A stretch of 64,000 nucleotides of DNA from Thermodesulfobacteriota bacterium. Its GTDB lineage: Bacteria; Desulfobacterota; BSN033; UBA1163. Position 1 is the stretch's first letter; each line of letters starts with the position of its first letter. Location: contig JBAVGF010000028.1 of NCBI GenBank assembly GCA_049684675.1, forward strand, positions 341 to 64,340, written 5' to 3'. The notes under the pieces were generated by a model that was not told the DNA's origin, made no database searches, and saw only the letters and a list, made by a program, of their open reading frames with translations. Position numbers and translations under genes: made by a program. Of the stretch, positions 46,861 to 57,699 are shown piece by piece.

Positions 46861-47283
46861 ATGGCGGGAGTAAACAAAGTCATCCTCATCGGTAATCTGG
46901 GTGCAGACCCTGAGGTAAAGTATCTCAGCAATGGCACAACGGTGGCGAACTTCCGGATGGCGACGAGTGAAAACCGGGTCAATCGATCTTCCGGAGAGAA
47001 AACGACGATCACGGAATGGCACCGGATTGTTGCTTTCGGACGATTGGCTGAGATTTGCGGAGAGTACCTAAACAAAGGCAAGCAGGTCTATATCGAAGGC
47101 CGAATTCGAACCCGTTCCTGGGAAGGTAAGGATGGAAACCGTAGGTATACCACCGAAATTGTTGCTACCCAGATGCAGATGTTAGGAACACCGGGAGCCT
47201 CCGTGGAATTACCCGATGCTGAGAAAGAGTTGGGAACCGACCAAGAGGGGGGCCCCGGACCGGATGATGATGTACCCTTCTAA
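46861..47283 (+). CDS. ssb: Single-stranded DNA-binding protein
   Basis: OB-fold N-terminus [18 protein letters not shown] and acidic tip DDDVPF. SD TAGGAGGG upstream. Confidence 0.95.
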   Translation: MAGVNKVILIGNLGADPEVKYLSNGTTVANFRMATSENRVNRSSGEKTTITEWHRIVAFGRLAEICGEYLNKGKQVYIEGRIRTRSWEGKDGNRRYTTEIVATQMQMLGTPGASVELPDAEKELGTDQEGGPGPDDDVPF

Positions 47284-47285
47284 TT

Positions 47286-47344
47286 GCAGATTTCGGATTG
47301 CGAATTTCGAATTTAAACTTCGCAATCAACGATCCGCAATCCGC
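47286..47344. repeat. Heptanucleotide array H3, inverted arrangement (GCAGATT TCGGATT GCGAATT TCGAATT / spacer / AATCAAC GATCCGC AATCCGC)
   Basis: It fills the whole 63-nt spacer between the convergent ssb (stop 47281-47283) and rodA (stop 47347-47349). The two half-arrays can pair as an imperfect hairpin. Confidence 0.8.
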
Positions 47345-47346
47345 AT

Positions 47347-48447
47347 TTAGAACAGATACCTTCTCATGCTGACATTCAGGAGGAGGCCCACTCCAATCAG
47401 AGTGGAGACGATAAAGGACCCGCCGTAACTGAGCAGGGGGAGAGGGATTCCTACTACCGGCATCATCCCCAGCACCATTCCGATGTTAATGAAGACATGC
47501 CAGAAGAGCATCGCCACCACGCCGAAGGCAATGATAGCACTAAAGCGGTCTTTGGCCTGGACGGCGATGCGAAGCCCCCACAGAATCAAGGCCACATAGA
47601 GTCCGATGACGAAGAGAGATCCGATCAAACCCCACTCCTCTCCCAGGGCTGAGAAGATGAAGTCCGTCTGTTGTTCGGGGAGAAAGCCCAGCTTGGATTG
47701 AGTCCCTTTCATGAAACCCTTTCCAAGGATTCCCCCTGATCCCACGGCGATCTTCGACTGAATCAGGTGGTATCCCGCACCCAGGGGATCTAAATCCGGG
47801 TTAAAAAAGGTAATAATCCGTTTCCTCTGGTACCCCTTTAGAAAATTCCAAAGGAGCGGCACGGCAGCGCCTCCAGTCAATCCAATGGTCAGCAGGGAGG
47901 ACCATCGAATCTTAACAAAGATCAAGACCGAGAAGAAAACGAGGAGAAGGACAATGGCTGTCCCCAGGTCGGGTTGTTTAAGGATCAACCCCATCGGCAG
48001 AAGAAGGAGGAGAAACGGTAAGGGAAGTTGCTTTAACGAATACCCCTTTCGATCTGGAGGTCGATGGAAAAACTTTGCCAGGGCCAAGATGAAGGAGATC
48101 TTGACAAACTCTGAAGGTTGAAAAGAGAGGGGTCCAATTTTGACCCACCGCTGGGCACCCGAGGTCATCATGCCATAGGCCAATACCACCAGCAAAAGGA
48201 CCAATGCGACCGTATAAACGATATAAGCAAAATCGGAATAAAAACGATATTCCACGAAGGCGATTGTCACCATCGCGGCCAGCCCGATCAGCAGCCAAAA
48301 AATTTGTTTGAGGTAAAGGGGAGTCCCGGCCATCTCTATCTTTGCCGTGGCGCTGTAAAGATTGAGAATGCCGATCGAGGCAATGACGAGTACAATCCCC
48401 AACAATGCCCAGTCGAAATGAATGAAGAGGCGTCGGTCAATCTGCAT
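47347..48447 (-). CDS. rodA: Peptidoglycan glycosyltransferase RodA (SEDS family)
   Basis: 366-aa polytopic FtsW/RodA/SpoVE protein, downstream of mrdA with an 11-nt overlap. Confidence 0.9.
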   Translation of the reverse strand: MQIDRRLFIHFDWALLGIVLVIASIGILNLYSATAKIEMAGTPLYLKQIFWLLIGLAAMVTIAFVEYRFYSDFAYIVYTVALVLLLVVLAYGMMTSGAQRWVKIGPLSFQPSEFVKISFILALAKFFHRPPDRKGYSLKQLPLPFLLLLLPMGLILKQPDLGTAIVLLLVFFSVLIFVKIRWSSLLTIGLTGGAAVPLLWNFLKGYQRKRIITFFNPDLDPLGAGYHLIQSKIAVGSGGILGKGFMKGTQSKLGFLPEQQTDFIFSALGEEWGLIGSLFVIGLYVALILWGLRIAVQAKDRFSAIIAFGVVAMLFWHVFINIGMVLGMMPVVGIPLPLLSYGGSFIVSTLIGVGLLLNVSMRRYLF

Positions 48448-50305
48448 ACTCCAAATCGCTTTCCTCTCCCGCCAACTTTTGGGGAGCCGAATGGTTAAGG
48501 TTCAGATATTGCTCGATGACCTTTTTAGCAATCGGAGCGGCAGCGGAAGCCCCGAATCCCCCGTGCTCAACGAGGACAACCACCGAGATCTTAGGGTCTT
48601 CAAACGGGGCATAAGCCACAAACCAGGCGTGATCCCGAAATTTTAGAGGGATTCGATTCATCTCCCCCCTCTTAAAGTCCTCCGGCATGGCGATGACTTG
48701 GGCCGTACCCGTTTTCCCCGCCACCTTGACATCTTTCAACAAACATGCCGAGCCCGTCCCATGAGGCTCGTTCACAGCTCCCTTGAGAGCGTCCTGGATA
48801 ATTTGAAGGGTTTTCTGCGAAACCTCCGCCCTTCCCAATTCCACGGGTGGATACTCTTGCAATGTGTTGCCGTAGACATCTTCTACCTTTTCCACCACCT
48901 GGGGGAGGAAGAGCTTTCCTCCATTGGCAACGCCTGAGATAAGCATCAGGAGTTGGAGCGGGGTCGCTAAGAGATATCCTTGACCCACAGAAAAGGAAAG
49001 GGTCTCGCCGCTATACCACGGAGCTCCAAAACGTTTCTTCTTCCAGGAGCTGGAGGGGACGGTCCCGGGTTTCTCATGGGGGAGTGAGATTCCTGTCAGC
49101 TTTCCTAAACCGAACTCATTGGCGTATTGAGCAATGAGATCGACCCCCACCTTCAAACCCACTTGATAGAAGTAGATATCGCAGGATTCAACGATGGCCC
49201 GATGGAGGCTGAGGGTTCCATGACCGCCTTCCTTCCAGCACCGAAAATCCCGATTTCCATACGAAAAGGCTCCTGTGCAATGGAGCTGTGTGTTCGGAGT
49301 AATCATTCCTGATTCCAGACCGGCTATGGCAGTGACGATTTTGAAGATGGACCCCGCAGGGTATTGCCCCTGAATGCCTTTGTTTGTAAGAGGGTGATAT
49401 GGGTTCTCCACAAGCGTTTTCCATTCTTCTGGCGATACGTTTCTCGCAAAGGGTTCAAAGGAAGGCTTGCTCACCATGGCGAGGATATGTCCCGTTTTCG
49501 GGTCCATGGCAATAAGAGCCCCGTTCTTGTCCTTGTAGGCTTCTTCGGCCGTTTTCTGGAGGTCTAAATCGATAGTGAGAGAGAGGTTGTTTCCCGGAAA
49601 AGGTTCGACCACCCCCAGGGGTCTGACCTCTCTTCCCAGGGCGTCGACTTCAATCTGCTGCCCCCCGTCGACTCCTCTGAGGTCATTTTCCCAACGGTAT
49701 TCGACTCCATATTTTCCAATCAGGGCACCCATTCGGTAGGGAGACTCCCTGGACTGTCTCAATTCATTCTCATCCACCTCTCCCAGATAGCCGATAAGAT
49801 GAGAAGCCAAATCCCCATAATCATAGGCCCTCCTGGGTCTGACATCCACCAGGAGCCCCGGGAGATGGACACGATTCGATTCGAGGGCGGCCAGCTCATT
49901 CCAATCGATATCCGATTTGATCTTCACAGGTCTGAAGGGCGCCCGTCGCTTTTGGGCTCTGATTTTCTCCTCAATCTCGTCCTGAGTCATATTCAACATC
50001 CCTGCAATTTTGACCAACACCTCCGGATTCGCCTGGACGTCTTCGGGAACAAGATAGACTTCGAAGGAAGGACGATTATGAGCCAAAATACGCCCTTTTC
50101 GATCCAATAACATTCCGCGGTCAGCGGGATTCTCAAGGAGCCGGATGCGGTTATTTTCAGACAGATGCCGGAGTTCACTTCCCTGGATGACGTGAAGGGA
50201 CCACAGGCGGATGAAGATCAGGAAAAAGGCCAAACCGACAAAGACTACAAGGTATTTATACCTTCCCTTGAAGTCTTCCATCTTCTGGGTGTTTAATTCC
50301 ATCAT
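48437..50305 (-). CDS. mrdA: Penicillin-binding protein 2 (elongasome transpeptidase)
   Basis: PBP dimerisation domain plus transpeptidase motifs SIFK (SxxK) and KTGT. 4-nt overlap with mreD. Confidence 0.9.
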   Translation of the reverse strand: MMELNTQKMEDFKGRYKYLVVFVGLAFFLIFIRLWSLHVIQGSELRHLSENNRIRLLENPADRGMLLDRKGRILAHNRPSFEVYLVPEDVQANPEVLVKIAGMLNMTQDEIEEKIRAQKRRAPFRPVKIKSDIDWNELAALESNRVHLPGLLVDVRPRRAYDYGDLASHLIGYLGEVDENELRQSRESPYRMGALIGKYGVEYRWENDLRGVDGGQQIEVDALGREVRPLGVVEPFPGNNLSLTIDLDLQKTAEEAYKDKNGALIAMDPKTGHILAMVSKPSFEPFARNVSPEEWKTLVENPYHPLTNKGIQGQYPAGSIFKIVTAIAGLESGMITPNTQLHCTGAFSYGNRDFRCWKEGGHGTLSLHRAIVESCDIYFYQVGLKVGVDLIAQYANEFGLGKLTGISLPHEKPGTVPSSSWKKKRFGAPWYSGETLSFSVGQGYLLATPLQLLMLISGVANGGKLFLPQVVEKVEDVYGNTLQEYPPVELGRAEVSQKTLQIIQDALKGAVNEPHGTGSACLLKDVKVAGKTGTAQVIAMPEDFKRGEMNRIPLKFRDHAWFVAYAPFEDPKISVVVLVEHGGFGASAAAPIAKKVIEQYLNLNHSAPQKLAGEESDLEYAD

Positions 50306-50831
50306 GGCCGATACCCTCTCTCCTTGACCCCCTGCTCGGGCTCCGGCAATAATAACGATGACCCCTTCTGAAAAACGAAAAAGAGGAGAGGGGTGGCCAG
50401 GCCGGTAAAAAAGGATTGGGGGAGGAGGAAAGTGAAGAATAAGGGAACAACATTTCCGAGAGGGATGGGTTGTACGGCGTTCATAAGTATGGAGATGAGA
50501 ATCCCCTCTAAGAGGCTGAAGATGAAGGCGAAAAGGGATTGGAAAGAAAATCCTTCCAAGTAGAATCGCTCTTTGAAGAATTGGGCGGCTAAGAAGACGA
50601 GGGGCCTGGAAAAAGTATAAAAACCTAATGTGTTTCCAGAAAAAAGGTCCATCAGATAACCCATGAAAAAGGCTAAGATCCCGCCGAAGATCGGCGGAAA
50701 TAAAAAGGCCAGGTAGAGGGTAAAGATGAGGAGGATGTCCGGCCTGATCCTTTGAACAGGAAAGGAAGCGAACAACGTCGTCTGAAGGATGAGAAAAAGA
50801 ATTCCCGCTAAAAGCGGCAGAATAACCCGTT

Positions 50832-50835
<4 letters not shown>
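50302..50835 (-). CDS. mreD: Rod shape-determining protein MreD
   Basis: 177-aa multi-TM protein located between mreC and mrdA, with 4-nt overlaps on both sides. Confidence 0.8.
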
Positions 50836-52789
<1,954 letters not shown>

Positions 52790-52914
52790 TCATATTAACA
52801 AATAGTGCAATTCGATTCAAGAAAATTTATCGCACAAAATTCCGATCCTGTGTTTTCAATGTCATATTTAAGCAATATCCGTGCCAAAATCAGGTTTGCC
52901 TGCCGCCAGTTGGA

Positions 52915-52972
52915 CCTGCCTGTCGCAGGCAGGCCTGCCCGCCGAAGGGAAGTTTTACTCCCGTAGGCGGGC
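52915..52972. repeat. CCTGCC..GGCAGG palindrome copy d plus an adjacent GCCCGCC/GGCGGGC hairpin
   Basis: CCTGCCTG-TCG-CAGGCAGG (52915-52933), then GCCCGCC..GGGAAGTTTTACTCCC..GGCGGGC (52937-52972). It lies in the mreB / radical SAM divergent spacer. Confidence 0.55.
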
Positions 52973-53009
52973 GTTGACCCCTTCCCATGGGATGGGTTAA
53001 ATAAAGAAG

Positions 53010-54356
53010 ATGAAGATCCTCTTGGTCTCACCCGAGCGGGAGCGAAAAAAGGAAGAGGCCTTCCTCTTCAGACTGAGTTTTTTGAACCTTCCCTATGTCG
53101 CGGCCGTCACCCCTCTCGGTGTGGAGTTAAAGATCGTAGATGAGGCCTTTGAAAAAATCGATTTTAATGAAAAGGTGGATCTGGTGGGGATGACCGCCCA
53201 GACGCCTGTTGCCCCCCGGGCTTATCAGATCGCAGAAGAGTTCAGAAAGAGAGGGATCCCTGTCGTCATGGGAGGCGTCCATGCCAGCATGCTTCCCCAG
53301 GAGGCGCTTCAACACGTGGATGCGGTCGTGGTGGGAGAGGCGGAGGGGGTCTGGCCGGACCTGATCGAGGATCTGAGAAGAGGCCAAATGAGACGAATCT
53401 ATGTGGGGACTGAATTGGCGAACCCCTCCCGCCTTCCCCATCCCAGGAGGGATCTTCTCAATGAGAAATTTTACTTTCCATTGAAGCTGCTCGAAACCAC
53501 ACGAGGATGTCCCCACCGCTGCGACTTCTGCGGTGTCTCAAAGTTTTTCGGATATCGATACCGCAATCGCCCGATCAGCGAAATTGAGCGGGAGCTCAAG
53601 GCCCTTTTCCAAAAAGGGCCAGTGATGAACCTTCCTCTGAAAAAAACCCTTTCCTTATTCAGCAAAGACCTTCCTTATTTTCTCAAGAGAAGGCTTCTCT
53701 ACATCATCGATTCCAACATCGCAGGGGATAAGCGGTTTTGTCTTGATCTTCTCTCCCTCCTTAAAGAATTCGACCTCCTCTGGTACGGCCATGCCCCGGT
53801 CTCCGTCGCTTTTGATCAGAGACTCCTGGAAGGATTTGCACAAACTGGCTGTATCGCGATCAATATCGGCTTTGAGTCTTTCTCGACAAAGAACCTCAAC
53901 GCGATGGGAAAGGGATTCAACCAGCCCTCAAGATATGCCGAAGCGGTCGAAAGGATCCATGATCGAGGAATCGGTATCATGGGAACCTTCATCGTAGGTT
54001 TGGATGACGATGACCCCGGAGTCTTCCCAAGGATCATCGACTTTTGCATCGAATCCAAACTCGACTGGGCTCTTGCCTTCATCATGGCCCCTTATCCTGG
54101 AACCGATGCATTTCTGCGACTGGAAAAAGAGGGAAGGATTCTTTGCAGGGATTGGGAGAAATACGATTCCCTCAACGCTGTCTACCAGCCTTTATTGATG
54201 TCCGTGGAAGAATTAGAAAAAGGGATGAGGACAATCTGGAAAGAGGTTTTTTCAACCTCTTCGATCTATAAAAGGATTGTCAAAAGACCCTGGGTTCACC
54301 CTCTCTTCTACTTCGCGATGAATTGGCAGTTTCACCAATTGACAAAAACGTGGTAA
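53010..54356 (+). CDS. B12-binding domain radical SAM protein
   Basis: N-terminal cobalamin-binding-like domain (MKILLVSPE...VDLVGMT) followed by CPHRCDFCG (CxxxCxxC). 448 aa. Lies directly upstream of ccsA-like-hemACD. Confidence 0.85.
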   Translation: MKILLVSPERERKKEEAFLFRLSFLNLPYVAAVTPLGVELKIVDEAFEKIDFNEKVDLVGMTAQTPVAPRAYQIAEEFRKRGIPVVMGGVHASMLPQEALQHVDAVVVGEAEGVWPDLIEDLRRGQMRRIYVGTELANPSRLPHPRRDLLNEKFYFPLKLLETTRGCPHRCDFCGVSKFFGYRYRNRPISEIERELKALFQKGPVMNLPLKKTLSLFSKDLPYFLKRRLLYIIDSNIAGDKRFCLDLLSLLKEFDLLWYGHAPVSVAFDQRLLEGFAQTGCIAINIGFESFSTKNLNAMGKGFNQPSRYAEAVERIHDRGIGIMGTFIVGLDDDDPGVFPRIIDFCIESKLDWALAFIMAPYPGTDAFLRLEKEGRILCRDWEKYDSLNAVYQPLLMSVEELEKGMRTIWKEVFSTSSIYKRIVKRPWVHPLFYFAMNWQFHQLTKTW

Positions 54357-54361
54357 AATAG

Positions 54362-55189
54362 GTGCCTGTGAACATCTATTTTTTCAAATTCGCCTCTTTT
54401 CTTTACCTATTTGGGACGCTGGCCTATTTGGCCTATATCCTTTTTCTGAAAGAGGCCCTCTCTAAAATAGCGGCCACCGTCGTCTCCGTAGGTTTCGCCT
54501 CTCATACCATAGCGATTCTCACGAGGTATGCGGAAGCCGGGCATACTCCCGTGACCAATCTTTATGAATCCCTCTCCTTCTTTGCGTGGATGATCATCGG
54601 CATCCTTTTGATTGCTAATCTGAAATATAAGGTCAAGGTTTTGGGTTCCTTTCTCACTCCCATTGCCCTTATCCTCATCCTTTTCGCTTTCGCCCTCCCC
54701 AAAGAGATCTTGCCCTTGGCTCCTGTCTTAAAAAGTTTCTGGCATCCTTTCCATGTGATCTTTGCTTTTTTGGGTAATGCCATCTTCACTTTAACCTTCT
54801 GTTGTGGAGTCATGTACTTAATTCAAGAGCACCAACTCAAATCGAAAAAGATGGGAGCCATTGCAAAAAGACTCCCGCCTTTGAATCTTCTGGACGATCT
54901 GAGCTATCAATCCCTCAAATTCGGGTTTCCCCTGTTGACCCTGGGGATCATCACAGGTGCGGTTTGGGCAGAGTACGCTTGGGGGAGATATTGGAATTGG
55001 GATCCCAAAGAAACATGGTCTCTGATCACGTGGCTTCTCTATGCGGCGTTGCTTCACCAGCGTCTGACCGTCGGATGGAGGGGACGGAAGGCAGCGATCA
55101 TGGCTATTGTAGGATTCCTGGCTGTCCTCTTTACCTTTTTAGGCGTGAACCTCCTTCTCCCGGGATTGCATACCTATGGGAACTGGTAG
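54362..55189 (+). CDS. Cytochrome c assembly protein CcsA/HemX-like (heme-handling W-rich motif)
   Basis: Eight-TM-like 275-aa protein with WGRYWNWDPKETWSLITWLLY (WWD-type motif). GTG start as in the ORF track. Confidence 0.78.
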   Translation: MPVNIYFFKFASFLYLFGTLAYLAYILFLKEALSKIAATVVSVGFASHTIAILTRYAEAGHTPVTNLYESLSFFAWMIIGILLIANLKYKVKVLGSFLTPIALILILFAFALPKEILPLAPVLKSFWHPFHVIFAFLGNAIFTLTFCCGVMYLIQEHQLKSKKMGAIAKRLPPLNLLDDLSYQSLKFGFPLLTLGIITGAVWAEYAWGRYWNWDPKETWSLITWLLYAALLHQRLTVGWRGRKAAIMAIVGFLAVLFTFLGVNLLLPGLHTYGNW

Positions 55190-55207
55190 GCAATAGAAAT
55201 AGTTATA

Positions 55208-55365
55208 GCGAACAACACAAATATGTTGACATCCCCAATATGTCATTGCGAACGAAGCGCTGCACCGCATGGTGTTCAGGGCGAAGTGAAGCAATCTCAC
55301 GGGATTGCCACGTCGTCCCCCCATGGCGGGACTCCCGCAATGACCATTTTTCTGTGTTGTTCACG
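55208..55365. repeat. Nested palindromic, MITE-like insert between the ccsA-like gene and hemA
   Basis: Outer inverted repeats GCGAACAACACAAAT (55208-55222) and TTTCTGTGTTGTTCACG (55349-55365). Inner GTCATTGCG (55242-) ... CGCAATGAC (-55344), with GAAGCAATCTC/GGGATTGCC inside. Confidence 0.6.
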
Positions 55366-55417
55366 ACAGGTAGAGGTTTAATCTTAATCTCAACCTTATC
55401 CTATTGTTTATAATGCT

Positions 55418-56758
55418 ATGGAACTCCTCGTCGTCGGATTAAATCATAAAACAGCGCCTATCGAGATCCGGGAATGCCTGGCCTTTCCCGAAGATAAGAT
55501 AGAGGACGCCTTAGACAAGGTTCATGCCCTTCCTTCTCTCAAGGAAAACATGATCGTCTCCACCTGCAACCGGGTAGAGGTCTACGCAGCCACTCGGGAG
55601 ACAGAAAGGGCCGTCCACGATTTAAAGGAATTCCTCTCTCAATACCATGGCATTCCCCTAAGGGAATTCGAAAGAAGCCTGTATGCTCATGTCGGAGAGG
55701 AAGCGGTGAGGCATATCTTTCGAGTCGCCTCCAGCCTCGACTCAATGGTGTTAGGGGAACCCCAAATTTTGGGCCAGATCAAAGAGGCCTATGATTTTTC
55801 CCAACAGGTTAAAACCTCGGGTCTCATTCTCCATCGACTTCTTCATCGGGCTTTTCATGTTGCAAAAAGAGTAAGAAGCGAAACGAAAATCATCATGGGT
55901 GCCATATCCGTCAGTTCTGTCGCAGTCGAGTTAGCTGAAAAAATCTTTGGCGCCCTGGAAAAGAAAGTCGTCTTGCTCATCGGAGCAGGAGAGATGTGTG
56001 AACTGGCCGCCCGACACCTCGTCTCCGGAGGGGCGGAAAAAATTCTGGTGACCAATCGCACTTATGAACGGGCTGCATCACTGGCTCAGGAATTTAGGGG
56101 GGAGGCCATTCCCTTTGAAGAGATGGGACAGGGTTTGAAAAGAGTGGACATCGTGATCAGCGCAACGGATTCACCTCAATACCTTATCCGACACGATCAG
56201 ATCACGAAGGTGATGAAGGAACGGCGGCAGAAACCGATCTTCTTCATCGATATCGCCGACCCCAGGGATATCGAGCCGAAAGTCGGCGATATTGAGAATG
56301 TCTATCTTTACAACATCGATGATCTCCAAAAAGTAGCCAATGAAAACATTAAAGATCGGGAGAAGGAGGCTCAAAAGGCAGAGGCGATTGTCCAGGACGA
56401 GATGGTCAAATTTGTCAACTGGTATCGATCTCTCGACGTGACTCCCACCATCGTGGCCTTGAGGAAAAAGTTTGAAGAGATCAGGAAGAAAGAGTTGGAA
56501 AAGACCCTTTCCCTCCACCCCGATCTGTCGGACAAGGAAAAGAAATCCCTGGAGGCCCTGACCTCCGCGATCGTCAATAAGATTCTCCATACTCCGATCA
56601 CCCTCCTCAAGCAAACCAATGAGGAGGCGATGGCTGACATTTATCTCGACGCCCTCCATGCCCTATTCGGACTGTCGGAGAAATCATTAGAAACCTTCTT
56701 GGAAAAATTGGAAAAAGAGAAAGAAAAGGAGGAACCCAATCTCGAAGATGCCCTCTGA
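55418..56758 (+). CDS. hemA: Glutamyl-tRNA reductase
   Basis: MELLVVGLNHKTAPIEIRE, active-site STCNRVE, and NADPH-binding LLIGAGEM. Confidence 0.95.
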   Translation: MELLVVGLNHKTAPIEIRECLAFPEDKIEDALDKVHALPSLKENMIVSTCNRVEVYAATRETERAVHDLKEFLSQYHGIPLREFERSLYAHVGEEAVRHIFRVASSLDSMVLGEPQILGQIKEAYDFSQQVKTSGLILHRLLHRAFHVAKRVRSETKIIMGAISVSSVAVELAEKIFGALEKKVVLLIGAGEMCELAARHLVSGGAEKILVTNRTYERAASLAQEFRGEAIPFEEMGQGLKRVDIVISATDSPQYLIRHDQITKVMKERRQKPIFFIDIADPRDIEPKVGDIENVYLYNIDDLQKVANENIKDREKEAQKAEAIVQDEMVKFVNWYRSLDVTPTIVALRKKFEEIRKKELEKTLSLHPDLSDKEKKSLEALTSAIVNKILHTPITLLKQTNEEAMADIYLDALHALFGLSEKSLETFLEKLEKEKEKEEPNLEDAL

Positions 56759-57695
56759 ACTTAAAATCGGGACCCGTGGAAGTCAACTCGCTCTTTTTCA
56801 GGCGAATTGGGTCAAGGACCGATTGGTCCAGGCCCATCCTGATCTCCGAGTCACGTTGATCAAAATCAAAACCACCGGAGACAAAATTCAGGACGCCCCG
56901 TTAGCCAAGATCGGAGGGAAAGGCCTTTTTGTCAAGGAGATTGAGGAAGCGCTCCTTAAAAAAAGGACTGACCTCGCCGTTCATAGCATCAAGGATGTCC
57001 CCACCGAATTTCCAGAGGGCCTGCATCTCTCTGTGATCACAAAAAGAGAGGACCCTCGCGATGTTCTCATCTCAAAGGATGGGAAGCCTTTAAAGGATCT
57101 TCCAAAGGGGGCAAAGATTGGCACAAGTAGCTTAAGGCGGCAGGCCCAGTTGCTTCATTTCAGAAGTGACTTCGAACTCATTCCTCTAAGGGGAAATTTA
57201 GATACCCGGCTCAAGAAACTAAAAAGCATGAACTTGGATGCGATTGTCCTGGCCCTCGCAGGTGTGAAAAGGCTGGGCTTTGATGAAAAAATTACAGAAA
57301 TCATTCCTCCGGAGGTCTCCCTCCCCGCCATCGGCCAGGGGGCATTGGGAATTGAGACGAGAATGGCTGACCAGGAGGTGGAGAGCCAAATCCGACTCCT
57401 CAACGATCGAGACTCCTCCATCGCCATTAACGCCGAGAGGGCCTTCCTGAAGAAATTGGAAGGCGGTTGCCAGGTCCCTATCGCGGCCTTTGCCCGGATC
57501 GTCGACACCACGCTTCATATCGATGGGTTGGTTGGAACGATAGACGGGAAGAGGCTCATCAGACATCATGTGGAGGGGCCGATTGAGAGAGCAGAGTCGC
57601 TCGGGGTTGAATTGGCTGAGATCCTTTTGGGCCAAGGAGCCAAAGAGATCCTTGATGAGGTCTACCAGAGGTCACAGCCTACCATTTCTATCTAA
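56748..57695 (+). CDS. hemC: Porphobilinogen deaminase (hydroxymethylbilane synthase)
   Basis: LKIGTRGSQLALFQA N-terminus and the EGGCQVPI cofactor-attachment cysteine region. 11-nt overlap with hemA. Confidence 0.95.
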   Translation: MPSELKIGTRGSQLALFQANWVKDRLVQAHPDLRVTLIKIKTTGDKIQDAPLAKIGGKGLFVKEIEEALLKKRTDLAVHSIKDVPTEFPEGLHLSVITKREDPRDVLISKDGKPLKDLPKGAKIGTSSLRRQAQLLHFRSDFELIPLRGNLDTRLKKLKSMNLDAIVLALAGVKRLGFDEKITEIIPPEVSLPAIGQGALGIETRMADQEVESQIRLLNDRDSSIAINAERAFLKKLEGGCQVPIAAFARIVDTTLHIDGLVGTIDGKRLIRHHVEGPIERAESLGVELAEILLGQGAKEILDEVYQRSQPTISI

Positions 57696-57699
57696 ACCA

